Shown in pieces: positions 27,989 to 35,914 of a stretch of DNA of 64,000 nt (the stretch's first letter is position 1; the number at the start of each line of letters is the position of its first letter). Below the pieces are notes generated by a model, which was not told the DNA's origin, did not search any database, and was given only the letters and a program-made list of their open reading frames with translations. Location of the stretch: the sequence record OR167180. One strand, given 5' to 3'. A program made the translations under genes and the position numbers. The DNA is from Escherichia phage MIZ4.

Positions 27989-28411
27989 TTATTGGTCTAC
28001 CTTCAAAACAACCGCCGACATTTTACCCGCCAGTCGTTTTGGATTCTCTATAATCATTCGGCAGCATAGACCGTGATATGGCTTACCCTCTTCGATTAGA
28101 TCTACTGTCATCCCGATCCACATGTTACCGTCAGTAATTTCTAATCGATTCGGTCGGTCTTCCATTTTCAGGAAGTCGAAGATCTCCGGCAAACGAGTTT
28201 CTATCTTATTGAATAGTTCCATTGTCTTATGTTCATCGATATGACGATCGGTTAGACGGTCGATCATATGCGGACTAAATCGAATGAAAATATACTCACC
28301 GTAACCATCATTCAAGCACTTTTCTTTGATCTGCGCATTGGTTTTGCGCATTTCGGTTTCGAAGAATCTACGCAGCTTACTACGGCGAACATGTACGTTA
28401 ATTGTTTCCAT
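27989..28411 (-). CDS. regB: RegB-like sequence-specific endoribonuclease
   Basis: Trimmed to METINVHVRRSKLRRFFETE...NRLEITDGNMWIG, which resembles the recalled T4 RegB N-terminus and RLEITDGNLW block; position between tk and the endolysin fits T4. Confidence 0.5.
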   Translation of the reverse strand: METINVHVRRSKLRRFFETEMRKTNAQIKEKCLNDGYGEYIFIRFSPHMIDRLTDRHIDEHKTMELFNKIETRLPEIFDFLKMEDRPNRLEITDGNMWIGMTVDLIEEGKPYHGLCCRMIIENPKRLAGKMSAVVLKVDQ

Positions 28412-28415
28412 TTTA

Positions 28416-28751
28416 TTATCCTTTCTTAAACAAATTGCGAAGCCAGTATACAAACGGGATTTCTTTAAACTTGAATTTCTCAATAGTTAATTCTTTAGTA
28501 GCAAGATGAATACCATAAGCATCATGTGTAACTATATGCCATTTTCTATAGTCCAAATGTGAACAACCGTCTGGATCTAGGTTAATAAGAGTTTCTCGCT
28601 CACTAGGATTATTTTTCCACAATTTTGTAATAGGATCGCACATAATTCGACCTAGCGTACCATGAATAATCTCACAACGGTAAAGTTTTCCAGCAGTGAG
28701 ATAGGCGCACCCGTCATAGTCGGTATAAACAAACACTTCTTTAACACTCAT
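28416..28751 (-). CDS. Hypothetical protein (~111 aa), family D paralog
   Basis: Trimmed to MSVKEVFVYTDYDGCAYL; shares CSHLDYRKWHIV-type C-terminal block with the next two ORFs. Confidence 0.5.
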   Translation of the reverse strand: MSVKEVFVYTDYDGCAYLTAGKLYRCEIIHGTLGRIMCDPITKLWKNNPSERETLINLDPDGCSHLDYRKWHIVTHDAYGIHLATKELTIEKFKFKEIPFVYWLRNLFKKG

Positions 28752-28782
28752 TTTAATACTCCTTTGTTGTTTCGATGGGGGT

Positions 28783-28811
28783 ATATTACTACCCCCGATC
28801 ATGTGTGTCAA
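28783..28811 (-). promoter_or_regulatory. Sigma70-type early promoter cassette
   Basis: Minus-strand TTGACA (28806-28811), 17-nt spacer, TAATAT (28783-28788) within palindrome GGGGGTA..TACCCCC. Confidence 0.45.
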
Positions 28812-29072
28812 CTACTTTTTCAAGATTTTTTTAATTGCATTCCAAAGACCTTTATTCCCAGGTTGTTTTGGTTCTTCGATCAGTGTCCATGTTCGACCGT
28901 CTAAGTGTGCACAATTTTTAAGACAAATAAAAATCTGGTGTCCTTTATCATCACGGATATAACCACTATTCGCAAATCTTTCATGTGGTGTATATTCATA
29001 CAGTGTATTTGGTGTAATATACTTGCGGTTACTATAAGGTGTCATCACATACATCATGGTACTAACTCCCAT
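28812..29072 (-). CDS. Hypothetical protein (86 aa), family D paralog
   Basis: YEYTPHERFANSGYIRDDKGHQIFICLKNCAHLDGRTWTLI. Confidence 0.5.
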   Translation of the reverse strand: MGVSTMMYVMTPYSNRKYITPNTLYEYTPHERFANSGYIRDDKGHQIFICLKNCAHLDGRTWTLIEEPKQPGNKGLWNAIKKILKK

Positions 29073-29248
29073 TTATCACCGCGAAGATGAGAACATACAC
29101 CATCAAGAAGGATCGTAATACGATAACCTATATCATCTTTGATGTAACCGATTGTCGGTGGATGTTCGTCGTCTCGTGCCGGGGTAAAATCATACATCTT
29201 TCCAGGCGTAATATCTTGTCCTTTATTGCTATTGGTATAAACTTGCAT
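29054..29248 (-). CDS. Hypothetical protein (64 aa), family D paralog
   Basis: YDFTPARDDEHPPTIGYIKDDIGYRITILLDGVCSHLRGDKWELV. Confidence 0.5.
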   Translation of the reverse strand: MQVYTNSNKGQDITPGKMYDFTPARDDEHPPTIGYIKDDIGYRITILLDGVCSHLRGDKWELVP

Positions 29249-29269
29249 TTTCTTAATCTCCTATATTAA

Positions 29270-29968
29270 CTAACCACGGGTATAGTGTTCCAGAACAACT
29301 GTCAGATGAATATATTCTAATAGATCTTTCCAAAAGTCAACATCTGGTTCTTCCGGCATACCGTTTTTCTTTGCCTCTTCACGCGCGAGTTTAACACGCT
29401 CGTAGAGATCTTTCAATTCTTCCCGCACATTATCAAAGGTTCTTTCTCCTAACTTACACGCTAAAATAGAAGAACGTCGCGCGAGCGGGAATTGTAGATC
29501 ACCAGTTTGATAGATTTCAAGTAGCTGATAACCAACACGCAGAGCATGAGAAAGATCTTTCCAGTTACTGAAATACTTTTCAGATTTTGCTACCTGTTTC
29601 TTGAGATAACCAGACAAACCCCACATCCCAACATGATAGAATTTATCGCGATGTGTTCGGATGTATTCCCATTCTCTGGAGGATTCAACCAACATGTTAC
29701 TAGGCGCGTGCACCATATCAATAGCGCCGATATCACCTTTACATGCCAGATTGATAAACCGTTTTAGACTGAACATATTAACGTCAATATCGTCTTTGGT
29801 GTTCTTGATACCTTGACCGCTAGTGCTTTGGTCATAGTGTTCTTTCATAGATCCTAAGATAATTTCTTTCGCAGTCGGAACAAAGATACCACGATAATCT
29901 TTATCTGAATTTTCAGTATCAAGGCCGTACAAGTGAGATCCGAAGACCATTTTAACCATTGTATGCAT
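29270..29968 (-). CDS. Predicted pol-beta-superfamily nucleotidyltransferase
   Basis: N-terminal FGSHLYGLDTENSDKDYRGIF fits the GS-x(9-13)-DxD minimal nucleotidyltransferase signature. Confidence 0.55.
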   Translation of the reverse strand: MHTMVKMVFGSHLYGLDTENSDKDYRGIFVPTAKEIILGSMKEHYDQSTSGQGIKNTKDDIDVNMFSLKRFINLACKGDIGAIDMVHAPSNMLVESSREWEYIRTHRDKFYHVGMWGLSGYLKKQVAKSEKYFSNWKDLSHALRVGYQLLEIYQTGDLQFPLARRSSILACKLGERTFDNVREELKDLYERVKLAREEAKKNGMPEEPDVDFWKDLLEYIHLTVVLEHYTRG

Positions 29969-29986
29969 AATTAAACCCTCAGTTGA

Positions 29987-30580
29987 TTAAACGTATTCAG
30001 CAACAACATTATGTTTAAAATTACCGCTCCTTTTTGGATTTGGATTTTTCAATCGACTATGTATTAAATTTTTGTTGTATCCGGTTGCTTTAGACGCTTC
30101 GCCAATACTTTGATAAACAACACCATTAACACGAATCGGACGAGACTTATTAAACAGTTTATTCAATCCGGCATCATATGCATGGTTTTGGTTTTCTTGC
30201 CTCGTTGCGATCTCAAGATTCCAAACACAATTACAAGATTTTACCCCACTTTTATGATTAATTTCAAGACCTTCACAATCACCTATAAAGTGTTCAGCAA
30301 CTAGTCTATGAATATAGCGATATTTCTTACTTTCCCCATCATGCAAGCATACATTATAATAACCATCACCAGCGCGTTTAGGTCGGAGTAGTTTACCTTT
30401 AACACGTTTTATAGTAGGGAACTCACCAAATTGATTTCTCTGGATAAACGGAATCTCGCGGTCTAATGAACGGATTCGACCATAGTTAGACACTTGATAA
30501 AAACTTTCATATCCTTTAATTGGCTTCCATATCTCAGGGATTTCTACACCATCAATAACAACAAGTTTAAATTCTTCCAT
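29987..30580 (-). CDS. HNH homing endonuclease (NUMOD4-HNH-NUMOD1-like architecture)
   Basis: YQVSNYGRIRS (NUMOD4-like), HNH region CLHDGESKKYRYIHRLVAEHF...INHKSG...NLEIATRQEN, C-terminal VNGVVYQSIGEASKATG helix-turn-helix-like. Confidence 0.8.
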   Translation of the reverse strand: MEEFKLVVIDGVEIPEIWKPIKGYESFYQVSNYGRIRSLDREIPFIQRNQFGEFPTIKRVKGKLLRPKRAGDGYYNVCLHDGESKKYRYIHRLVAEHFIGDCEGLEINHKSGVKSCNCVWNLEIATRQENQNHAYDAGLNKLFNKSRPIRVNGVVYQSIGEASKATGYNKNLIHSRLKNPNPKRSGNFKHNVVAEYV

Positions 30581-30587
30581 ACTTCAC

Positions 30588-30622
30588 CTCATAAAAATAA
30601 AGCCAACCCTTTCGGATTGGCT
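30588..30622 (-). terminator. Intrinsic terminator downstream of GrcA-like gene
   Basis: AGCCAACCC-TTTCGG-ATTGGCT hairpin at 30601-30622 followed on the minus strand by TTATTTTTAT. Confidence 0.55.
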
Positions 30623-30628
30623 TGTTGA

Positions 30629-31042
30629 TTACATAGATTCCGTAAAGGTACGGGTGATAATATCAAGTTGTTGTTCGCGTGTCAAGGCGTTGAAGCGGGT
30701 AGCATAACCACTGATTCGAATTGTAAGCTGCGGGTACTTCTCAGGATGTTCAACCGCATCAAGAAGAGTCTCCCGACGCAGTACATTCGCGTTGAGATGA
30801 TGACCCGCGTTACTATTTACCCCGTTATCAATTGCTAAAGGACGGAAGCTAGTTGTGTGCAGTTCCAGCGAATCGACGTCTTCTGCGGTGATCACATGAT
30901 CTTCTGCGAAAGTTTTACTAACAATTACTTTAGCGCCGATCAGTGCTTTCGGTTCGGATACCAGAATCATAGGCGCGAAATGTCCACCGATAATAGTACC
31001 TTTATGCTCACCTTTCATGATTTGAATTGCTTTAAATTCCAT
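30629..31042 (-). CDS. Autonomous glycyl radical cofactor (GrcA/YfiD-like, PFL C-terminal domain homolog)
   Basis: C-terminal [29 protein letters not shown] matches the PFL/GrcA glycyl-radical signature; a T4 YfiD homolog is known. Confidence 0.85.
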   Translation of the reverse strand: MEFKAIQIMKGEHKGTIIGGHFAPMILVSEPKALIGAKVIVSKTFAEDHVITAEDVDSLELHTTSFRPLAIDNGVNSNAGHHLNANVLRRETLLDAVEHPEKYPQLTIRISGYATRFNALTREQQLDIITRTFTESM

Positions 31043-31177
31043 AATTCACCTCTTATAGATCAGGACGTTCGTCATTAATTTTACCAACCAAAACCCCATA
31101 GAGTTTATCAGGTTGGACTTTACGATTCTTATTGATTGTAGCACGGAATCGACGAGCCACGCTATCTTTATTTTTCA

Positions 31178-31663
31178 TTAGTTGATACCTAAGCCAATGA
31201 AAATAGGTTGGTCTTCTACATTACCCATCCCAACACTAAGTCGATTTACTTCTAAAAACTGCAATACGCTGTCAGTAAATCCGCGCATGGTAGTATCTAG
31301 GATAAAAATTGTTTTGTCAAGACTACGACCTCGCCATGTGATCGGATTCAGGAAAGTTCGGATCGACGTACAATCTACATTTGAAATATTTACATTTTCA
31401 CCGCGACCGCGATCTCGGATCGTTTTTGCATGTTCCCGCGTCGTTGAAACGATAAAGACACTATAGCCTTTTCTCGTATAATGGTCATATAACTTGATTG
31501 TAGCGTCTGTATGCCCTGTCTGACGGCCTAAATTGATTGAGACAATGGAATCTAGGTCATCAGCAAAATTGCGTCGCTTACGACGTTCTATGATGCCATT
31601 TACGGCAGAAATACACGCAGCATAAATCAAATCTTTACTTTCTAATTTTACATCAATATTCAT
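31178..31663 (-). CDS. Hypothetical protein (161 aa)
   Basis: ORF track; no motif recognised. Confidence 0.55.
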   Translation of the reverse strand: MNIDVKLESKDLIYAACISAVNGIIERRKRRNFADDLDSIVSINLGRQTGHTDATIKLYDHYTRKGYSVFIVSTTREHAKTIRDRGRGENVNISNVDCTSIRTFLNPITWRGRSLDKTIFILDTTMRGFTDSVLQFLEVNRLSVGMGNVEDQPIFIGLGIN

Positions 31664-31725
31664 GGTAAAGTCTCCAGTGAACGGGGAGAGATCCTTAGAT
31701 TGTCTCCCCGTTGATGGTTAATATT

Positions 31726-32115
31726 TTATTTTGGATCTGGGTATTTGCTGTGTGGTAGCTGAAAATGAACACCGTCTTTAAAACTAGTCCAATCCCCACC
31801 CCATTCAACAGGAACACCCAATTCTCGACCAGCTTGTTTAAATGCATCCGCGATCATGCGGTAGTATTTCATGTTCCATGTATCCTTATCTTTCGGATAC
31901 GCTACAACGTCAACCGCGAAACCGTGAAGATGACGAGATTTCATAGTCTTAGATTTACCTTCCGCAACATATTTCTTTTGCGTTTCTAGACTACGTACAC
32001 CTTCCGTAATACCAAAATCGACCGGAGTCAGTTCTAACGCACGATGAACGACTTTTACCAGGTCAGGATGCACACCAACAAGCCGATCTTTGCTTCTTTG
32101 AGATAATTTAAACAT
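31726..32115 (-). CDS. Endolysin, peptidase M15 family (L-alanyl-D-glutamate endopeptidase-like)
   Basis: Zinc-ligand pattern SRHLHGFAVDV ... DGVHFQL; overall resemblance to recalled T5-type endolysin; replaces T4 lysozyme e at the equivalent position. Confidence 0.8.
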   Translation of the reverse strand: MFKLSQRSKDRLVGVHPDLVKVVHRALELTPVDFGITEGVRSLETQKKYVAEGKSKTMKSRHLHGFAVDVVAYPKDKDTWNMKYYRMIADAFKQAGRELGVPVEWGGDWTSFKDGVHFQLPHSKYPDPK

Positions 32116-32143
32116 TATTCACCCCCTTTGTGAGTGATAATAT

Positions 32144-32335
32144 TTAGATTCCGGCGATCCTGCATAGATTTCTTGTATTAGCACCAATCAGGATCGCATT
32201 AACGACAACCATTCCCCAATCAACCCACTGATTATTATAAATGCTAAACCCGTTTGCAAGACCAAATACAAGCATTCCGGTCCACATACTCAGAGCAATA
32301 ATCAACATCAAAGTAAAACCAAATGCAAATTTCAT
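32144..32335 (-). CDS. Small hydrophobic membrane protein (63 aa)
   Basis: ORF track; two predicted TM helices. Confidence 0.5.
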   Translation of the reverse strand: MKFAFGFTLMLIIALSMWTGMLVFGLANGFSIYNNQWVDWGMVVVNAILIGANTRNLCRIAGI

Positions 32336-32336
32336 A

Positions 32337-32603
32337 TTATTTTCCTTTTCTCTGTTTACGTTTATAAAAGTAATACATTACCTCATCACGTCCGGTGATC
32401 CAACATGCTAGGGCGGTAAACAGGTTTACAATTCCCAACACACCTACTGACGCGGCGCTGTCAACAGACATAGGAACAGTAAAGGCCATAGATAACATAG
32501 CAACGCCACAAATGACATTAAGCACCATTATAATAAGACCGAAGAAAACCATTGTCAATCCTCCGACACAAGAAAACCAACAATCACGCCAGTGATAAGA
32601 CAT
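32337..32603 (-). CDS. Small hydrophobic membrane protein (88 aa)
   Basis: ORF track; hydrophobic core, basic C-terminus KRKQRKGK. Confidence 0.5.
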   Translation of the reverse strand: MSYHWRDCWFSCVGGLTMVFFGLIIMVLNVICGVAMLSMAFTVPMSVDSAASVGVLGIVNLFTALACWITGRDEVMYYFYKRKQRKGK

Positions 32604-32746
32604 GATGCGCCGCTAATCAGACAACCCGCACCAAGTGATTCCCACCAGATCAGAGAAGCGACAACAACACAGAATCCCCATACTACCGCAATCACAACAT
32701 AGACAAGGGTCGCCCACAACATATATTTGTTCATAATAAATCCCAT
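32555..32746 (-). CDS. Small hydrophobic membrane protein (63 aa)
   Basis: ORF track; overlaps neighbour so start uncertain. Confidence 0.45.
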   Translation of the reverse strand: MGFIMNKYMLWATLVYVVIAVVWGFCVVVASLIWWESLGAGCLISGASCLITGVIVGFLVSED

Positions 32747-32919
32747 TCACCAAACAAATAAGAAAAAAGCCATATCAACAGAAACGAGGCAATTGATCCG
32801 GCAAGCAAAATGATATTAGAGAATCCGCCGTCTATCCAGGCGACAAAACAGAATACGCCAGTATAGAAGCATAAACCAATTACAAAGCATACTATAAGCA
32901 ACCATAGACAAAACGCCAT
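32731..32919 (-). CDS. Small hydrophobic membrane protein (62 aa)
   Basis: ORF track. Confidence 0.45.
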   Translation of the reverse strand: MAFCLWLLIVCFVIGLCFYTGVFCFVAWIDGGFSNIILLAGSIASFLLIWLFSYLFGEWDLL

Positions 32920-32980
32920 AGAAAGCCCTCCATCGAGATAAATTAGTGCGGGTAGGGGACTGCACTACCCGCTTTGTTAA

Positions 32981-33139
32981 TCATCGCAGAGCTTCTTCTA
33001 GCGCGATCCCAAACCATCCACAAACAACTCCCATACAGACAGCTACAAGAAGATTCATTCTCTCTTTAGGGATCATTGCAATCATAACAACAACCATACA
33101 GAAAGCCATTACCATTGAAGTTAACATTTGTTCAACCAT
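32981..33139 (-). CDS. Small hydrophobic membrane protein (~52 aa), not in ORF track
   Basis: Manual translation MVEQMLTSMVMAFCMVVVMIAMIPKERMNLLVAVCMGVVCGWFGIALEEALR; coordinates approximate. Confidence 0.3.
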   Translation of the reverse strand: MVEQMLTSMVMAFCMVVVMIAMIPKERMNLLVAVCMGVVCGWFGIALEEALR

Positions 33140-33141
33140 TA

Positions 33142-33480
33142 TCACACCTTTAAAGTCATAGACGCATAAACATTAATGCCAGGCCAGTTAGGATCGCAAT
33201 TATACTCAACATCCCACAAATAAAGCGGTTTAGATGTATCAGCCAAGTTTTTAAAATCTTCTACCCACATTTCAAGGCTATATGATGGATAAACTAGGCT
33301 ATCATATCCGCCGTAACGTTGGCCTACTGGTCGGTCAGTAAAAACTACATCAAGATCCGGTAATTCTTTTTCAAGGATAACCGCCAGCGCATAAATCAGA
33401 CGGTCTTCCTTGTTACGCTGCCGTAGGACCGTTGTCAGTTGGTTTTTCTGGTTCACTAGCAAGCACCTCCACATTTTCAC
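33142..33480 (-). CDS. Hypothetical protein (112 aa)
   Basis: ORF track; overlaps upstream ORF by ~68 nt so start uncertain. Confidence 0.45.
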   Translation of the reverse strand: MKMWRCLLVNQKNQLTTVLRQRNKEDRLIYALAVILEKELPDLDVVFTDRPVGQRYGGYDSLVYPSYSLEMWVEDFKNLADTSKPLYLWDVEYNCDPNWPGINVYASMTLKV

Positions 33481-33733
33481 AGAATGAAATTTTCACAGAC
33501 ACAATTTTACCATAAGTGAAGAATGAATATACATTATCGATATATTCAACGTCACCTACAATCACATCAAACTGCGGATCAGCAACCGCCGCAACATATT
33601 CTACCAGTTCATCAAGAGAATGCAACTTAATTTCATCAATTCGGCTGTATTTGGTTGCATCTTTGATTTTAAAACCACGTTCTTTCAGCTTATCAATTAG
33701 AATTTCACGCGGAGTTTCAAACAGTTTGCTCAT
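33413..33733 (-). CDS. Hypothetical protein (106 aa)
   Basis: ORF track. Confidence 0.5.
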   Translation of the reverse strand: MSKLFETPREILIDKLKERGFKIKDATKYSRIDEIKLHSLDELVEYVAAVADPQFDVIVGDVEYIDNVYSFFTYGKIVSVKISFCENVEVLASEPEKPTDNGPTAA

Positions 33734-33755
33734 AGTATAATCCTCACATAGTTAA

Positions 33756-33950
33756 TCAATGGTCAATAATCTTGCACATTATAACAGAAAGAACAAAGAC
33801 CGCAACCCACATATAGATCCCAGCAATCAATGCAATTTCAATATCACAATATCCAAGATATACAACAGGAATAAAAACAAACATACAGACCAGCGCAAAG
33901 AAACTAGCAAAGGCGCTAGAAAATCCGATAGCAGTATTAGTAATATTCAT
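33756..33950 (-). CDS. Small hydrophobic membrane protein (64 aa)
   Basis: ORF track. Confidence 0.5.
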   Translation of the reverse strand: MNITNTAIGFSSAFASFFALVCMFVFIPVVYLGYCDIEIALIAGIYMWVAVFVLSVIMCKIIDH

Positions 33951-33951
33951 A

Positions 33952-34134
33952 TTAACAATCCTCGCGGCTTAAGTCAACAGCAATTGCATACAGCATAATG
34001 AATATGCTAGCCGATCCGAGAATCAATACACCCTCACATTTTGAAACTCGCTCATCAAAATGTAACATTATCCATCCGAGGATGTTAAAGGCGCAGACCG
34101 CGCCTATGTTCGCTAACCAATTAATCTTTTTCAT
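33952..34134 (-). CDS. Small hydrophobic membrane protein (60 aa)
   Basis: ORF track. Confidence 0.5.
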   Translation of the reverse strand: MKKINWLANIGAVCAFNILGWIMLHFDERVSKCEGVLILGSASIFIMLYAIAVDLSREDC

Positions 34135-34142
34135 AATATACC

Positions 34143-34469
34143 TTAGAAAGAAACAGTTTTCAAGAAATCCAGATTTTTAGTACCGAAAACAGAAAAGTAG
34201 TGTTTTCCTTTTTCGGTTTTAGAGAAAGCGATTGTCTTCTCTACATGGTGACGGAAGCCAGACAGACGATCACCCAGGTCAAGGCGGCAAGCGTAAGTAG
34301 TGCCGTTTTCGAAAGTAACCTCGATTTGAGTTTTGTCATATTCGCTTTCATAGGCTTTTGCTGCCGCTTCCAGTGCTTTACGCTCGAAGTCTTCGAAGTG
34401 GAATACTTCGTTTGCGTTAGCGAATACAGAAGATTCAGAGAAGATAACTTTAACAGATACTGGTTTCAT
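34143..34469 (-). CDS. Hypothetical protein (108 aa)
   Basis: ORF track; start directly after conserved leader GGAGTATCAAA. Confidence 0.55.
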   Translation of the reverse strand: MKPVSVKVIFSESSVFANANEVFHFEDFERKALEAAAKAYESEYDKTQIEVTFENGTTYACRLDLGDRLSGFRHHVEKTIAFSKTEKGKHYFSVFGTKNLDFLKTVSF

Positions 34470-34511
34470 TTTGATACTCCTTAGTAGTTCGTGTTTCGTT
34501 TCGATGGGTGT

Positions 34512-34540
34512 ATTATGCTATACACCCTCTCGCGTGTCAA
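34512..34540 (-). promoter_or_regulatory. Sigma70-type early promoter cassette
   Basis: Minus-strand TTGACA (34535-34540), 17-nt spacer, CATAAT (34512-34517); palindrome GGGTGTAT..ATACACCC spans the -10. Confidence 0.55.
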
Positions 34541-34548
34541 CAACTTTT

Positions 34549-34737
34549 TTAGTATTTTTTCATAATTTCTAGAGCAGTTTCTACAGCACCTTTCCAACCT
34601 TCCCACATAATGGACATAGTAAGGAAGTTAAAGCACCCGCAGGAATCAACCTTTTTAGAGATAAACCATTCTACAAACGCTTCGCTCATACCATGCTCTT
34701 TAGCGGATTCGCGTAATTGTTCAATTTGGTCTTCCAT
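34549..34737 (-). CDS. Hypothetical protein (62 aa)
   Basis: ORF track. Confidence 0.45.
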   Translation of the reverse strand: MEDQIEQLRESAKEHGMSEAFVEWFISKKVDSCGCFNFLTMSIMWEGWKGAVETALEIMKKY

Positions 34738-34746
34738 AGTATCACC

Positions 34747-34935
34747 TCAGCATTTAACATTATTCAAACGATTTTGAAAGTACACATAGCAAGCATAATT
34801 TTGCTTTGGCTGTACTGTATCAGATAAACATGCTTTTACAGCCTCGCGGTCCGATGGGTCTACACCCTCAGCTTTAAGTAATGCTAAAATCTGGTTATAG
34901 CGTACTCTTAGTTGCACTAATGGTTTCTCCCCCAT
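34747..34935 (-). CDS. Hypothetical protein (62 aa)
   Basis: ORF track. Confidence 0.45.
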   Translation of the reverse strand: MGEKPLVQLRVRYNQILALLKAEGVDPSDREAVKACLSDTVQPKQNYACYVYFQNRLNNVKC

Positions 34936-34945
34936 ATTACCCCCC

Positions 34946-35167
34946 TTATAGTTGGTCAGCGATGTAAGCGTGACAAGCGCGGAGTTTCATTAATGCACTA
35001 CCTTTCACTTCGCCTACGATGTTCATAACTTCTAAGCGGTCGGATGGATTCATCTTAGAGCACCAGATCTGGTTAGCCAATTCCAGTTTACTCATATTTG
35101 GTTCCATCTCAAACAGTTCACGCTCAAAGTCGATAATTTCTTTTGCTGCGTCTTTAAAGTTAATCAT
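34946..35167 (-). CDS. Hypothetical protein (73 aa)
   Basis: ORF track; start after conserved leader GGGAGAATCAAA. Confidence 0.5.
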   Translation of the reverse strand: MINFKDAAKEIIDFERELFEMEPNMSKLELANQIWCSKMNPSDRLEVMNIVGEVKGSALMKLRACHAYIADQL

Positions 35168-35233
35168 TTTGATTCTCCCGTTTCGTTGATGGTTGTATTG
35201 TAGGGGAGTTATCCTCCCCTGTCAACACTTTTA

Positions 35234-35419
35234 TCAGAAATATGCAATATAGTTTGCCAGTCCTACAGAGTCATCATTCGGCATTGCTTTTACTGCCAGT
35301 TCAAACCCTGCTTCAACTTTCTGTTTAGCGGATTCTTCGTTATAACCCCAGATTACCAGAATAGCTACTACGTTTTCTTTGCTTACTGCTTTCAGTGCTT
35401 TAGTGATGCGACGTGCCAT
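35234..35419 (-). CDS. Hypothetical protein (61 aa)
   Basis: ORF track; start after conserved leader. Confidence 0.5.
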   Translation of the reverse strand: MARRITKALKAVSKENVVAILVIWGYNEESAKQKVEAGFELAVKAMPNDDSVGLANYIAYF

Positions 35420-35471
35420 AATTTGATTCTCCGTTTAAGAAAGTGTGTTTCGTTTCGATGGGTGTATTATG

Positions 35472-35500
35472 CTATAGGCCGGATCTGGTGTCAACAACTT
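35472..35500 (-). promoter_or_regulatory. Sigma70-type early promoter cassette
   Basis: Minus-strand TTGACA (35495-35500), 17-nt spacer, CATAAT (35472-35477), then conserved leader CATCGAAACGAAACAC...GGAGAATCAAATT-ATG. Confidence 0.55.
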
Positions 35501-35515
35501 TTTTAAAAAAATTTT

Positions 35516-35547
35516 AGGCAATAAAAAAGCCACTCCGAAGAGTGGCT
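35516..35547 (-). terminator. Intrinsic terminator
   Basis: GCCACTC-TTCGG-AGTGGC hairpin at 35529-35546 followed on the minus strand by TTTTTTATTGCC. Confidence 0.65.
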
Positions 35548-35695
35548 TATAGGGAAGGTAGCGAATCTTCCTTGTCTCCAACCTGCTAGCGGCCTAGCAA
35601 GTGAATGCTTTAGCGTACCGGGTCGCCCATACGCTGTAATAAATGCGGCTAGGTGACGTCCAAATCATTCTAACCGCGCTGTCTTTAGTTCACTA
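35548..35695 (-). ncRNA. Candidate structured non-coding RNA / structured 3' UTR (uncharacterised)
   Basis: ~150 nt ORF-free segment between ORF 35696-35914 and the terminator; relatively GC-rich with several short inverted repeats (GGAAG..CTTCC, TGCTAG-CGGC-CTAGCA, GCGTA..TACGC, GCGG..CCGC); no tRNA-like T-loop. Confidence 0.25.
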
Positions 35696-35914
35696 TTATT
35701 TATATCGCTTTCTCTCGCGACGTTTTTGATCTTCTTCCTTGATAGAGTTAAATGCATCAAAAAGACACATGACACTAATAATAAACATAACCGTATTTTC
35801 TACGATATCCCACGGCTTCGCATCAGTACAGATCCCCCAAACGGTAAGAAATGCAAATAGTGCAGAAGAGATCACAAGCATGATACTTGCTAAGATATAA
35901 AAAGTCATTTTCAT
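35696..35914 (-). CDS. Small hydrophobic membrane protein (72 aa)
   Basis: ORF track; TM helices; basic C-terminus. Confidence 0.5.
   Translation of the reverse strand: MKMTFYILASIMLVISSALFAFLTVWGICTDAKPWDIVENTVMFIISVMCLFDAFNSIKEEDQKRRERKRYK

Noticed and set aside
31043-31177. 41-codon basic ORF (MKNKDSVARRF...) overlapping the stop of ORF 31178-31663
   Set aside because: Plausible translationally coupled mini-gene but below any evidential threshold without conservation data; not listed as a feature.
31178-31663. ORF 31178-31663 as T4 endonuclease V (DenV) or an internal protein by position
   Set aside because: No resemblance to the recalled DenV sequence and no capsid-targeting N-terminal sequence of the IP type; kept as hypothetical.
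35420-35700. tRNA gene(s) in the only large intergenic gap (T4 has a tRNA cluster in this region)
   Set aside because: No GTTCGAATC-type T-loop, no cloverleaf-compatible arrangement of stems and no 3' CCA context found on either strand. Not verified with tRNAscan.
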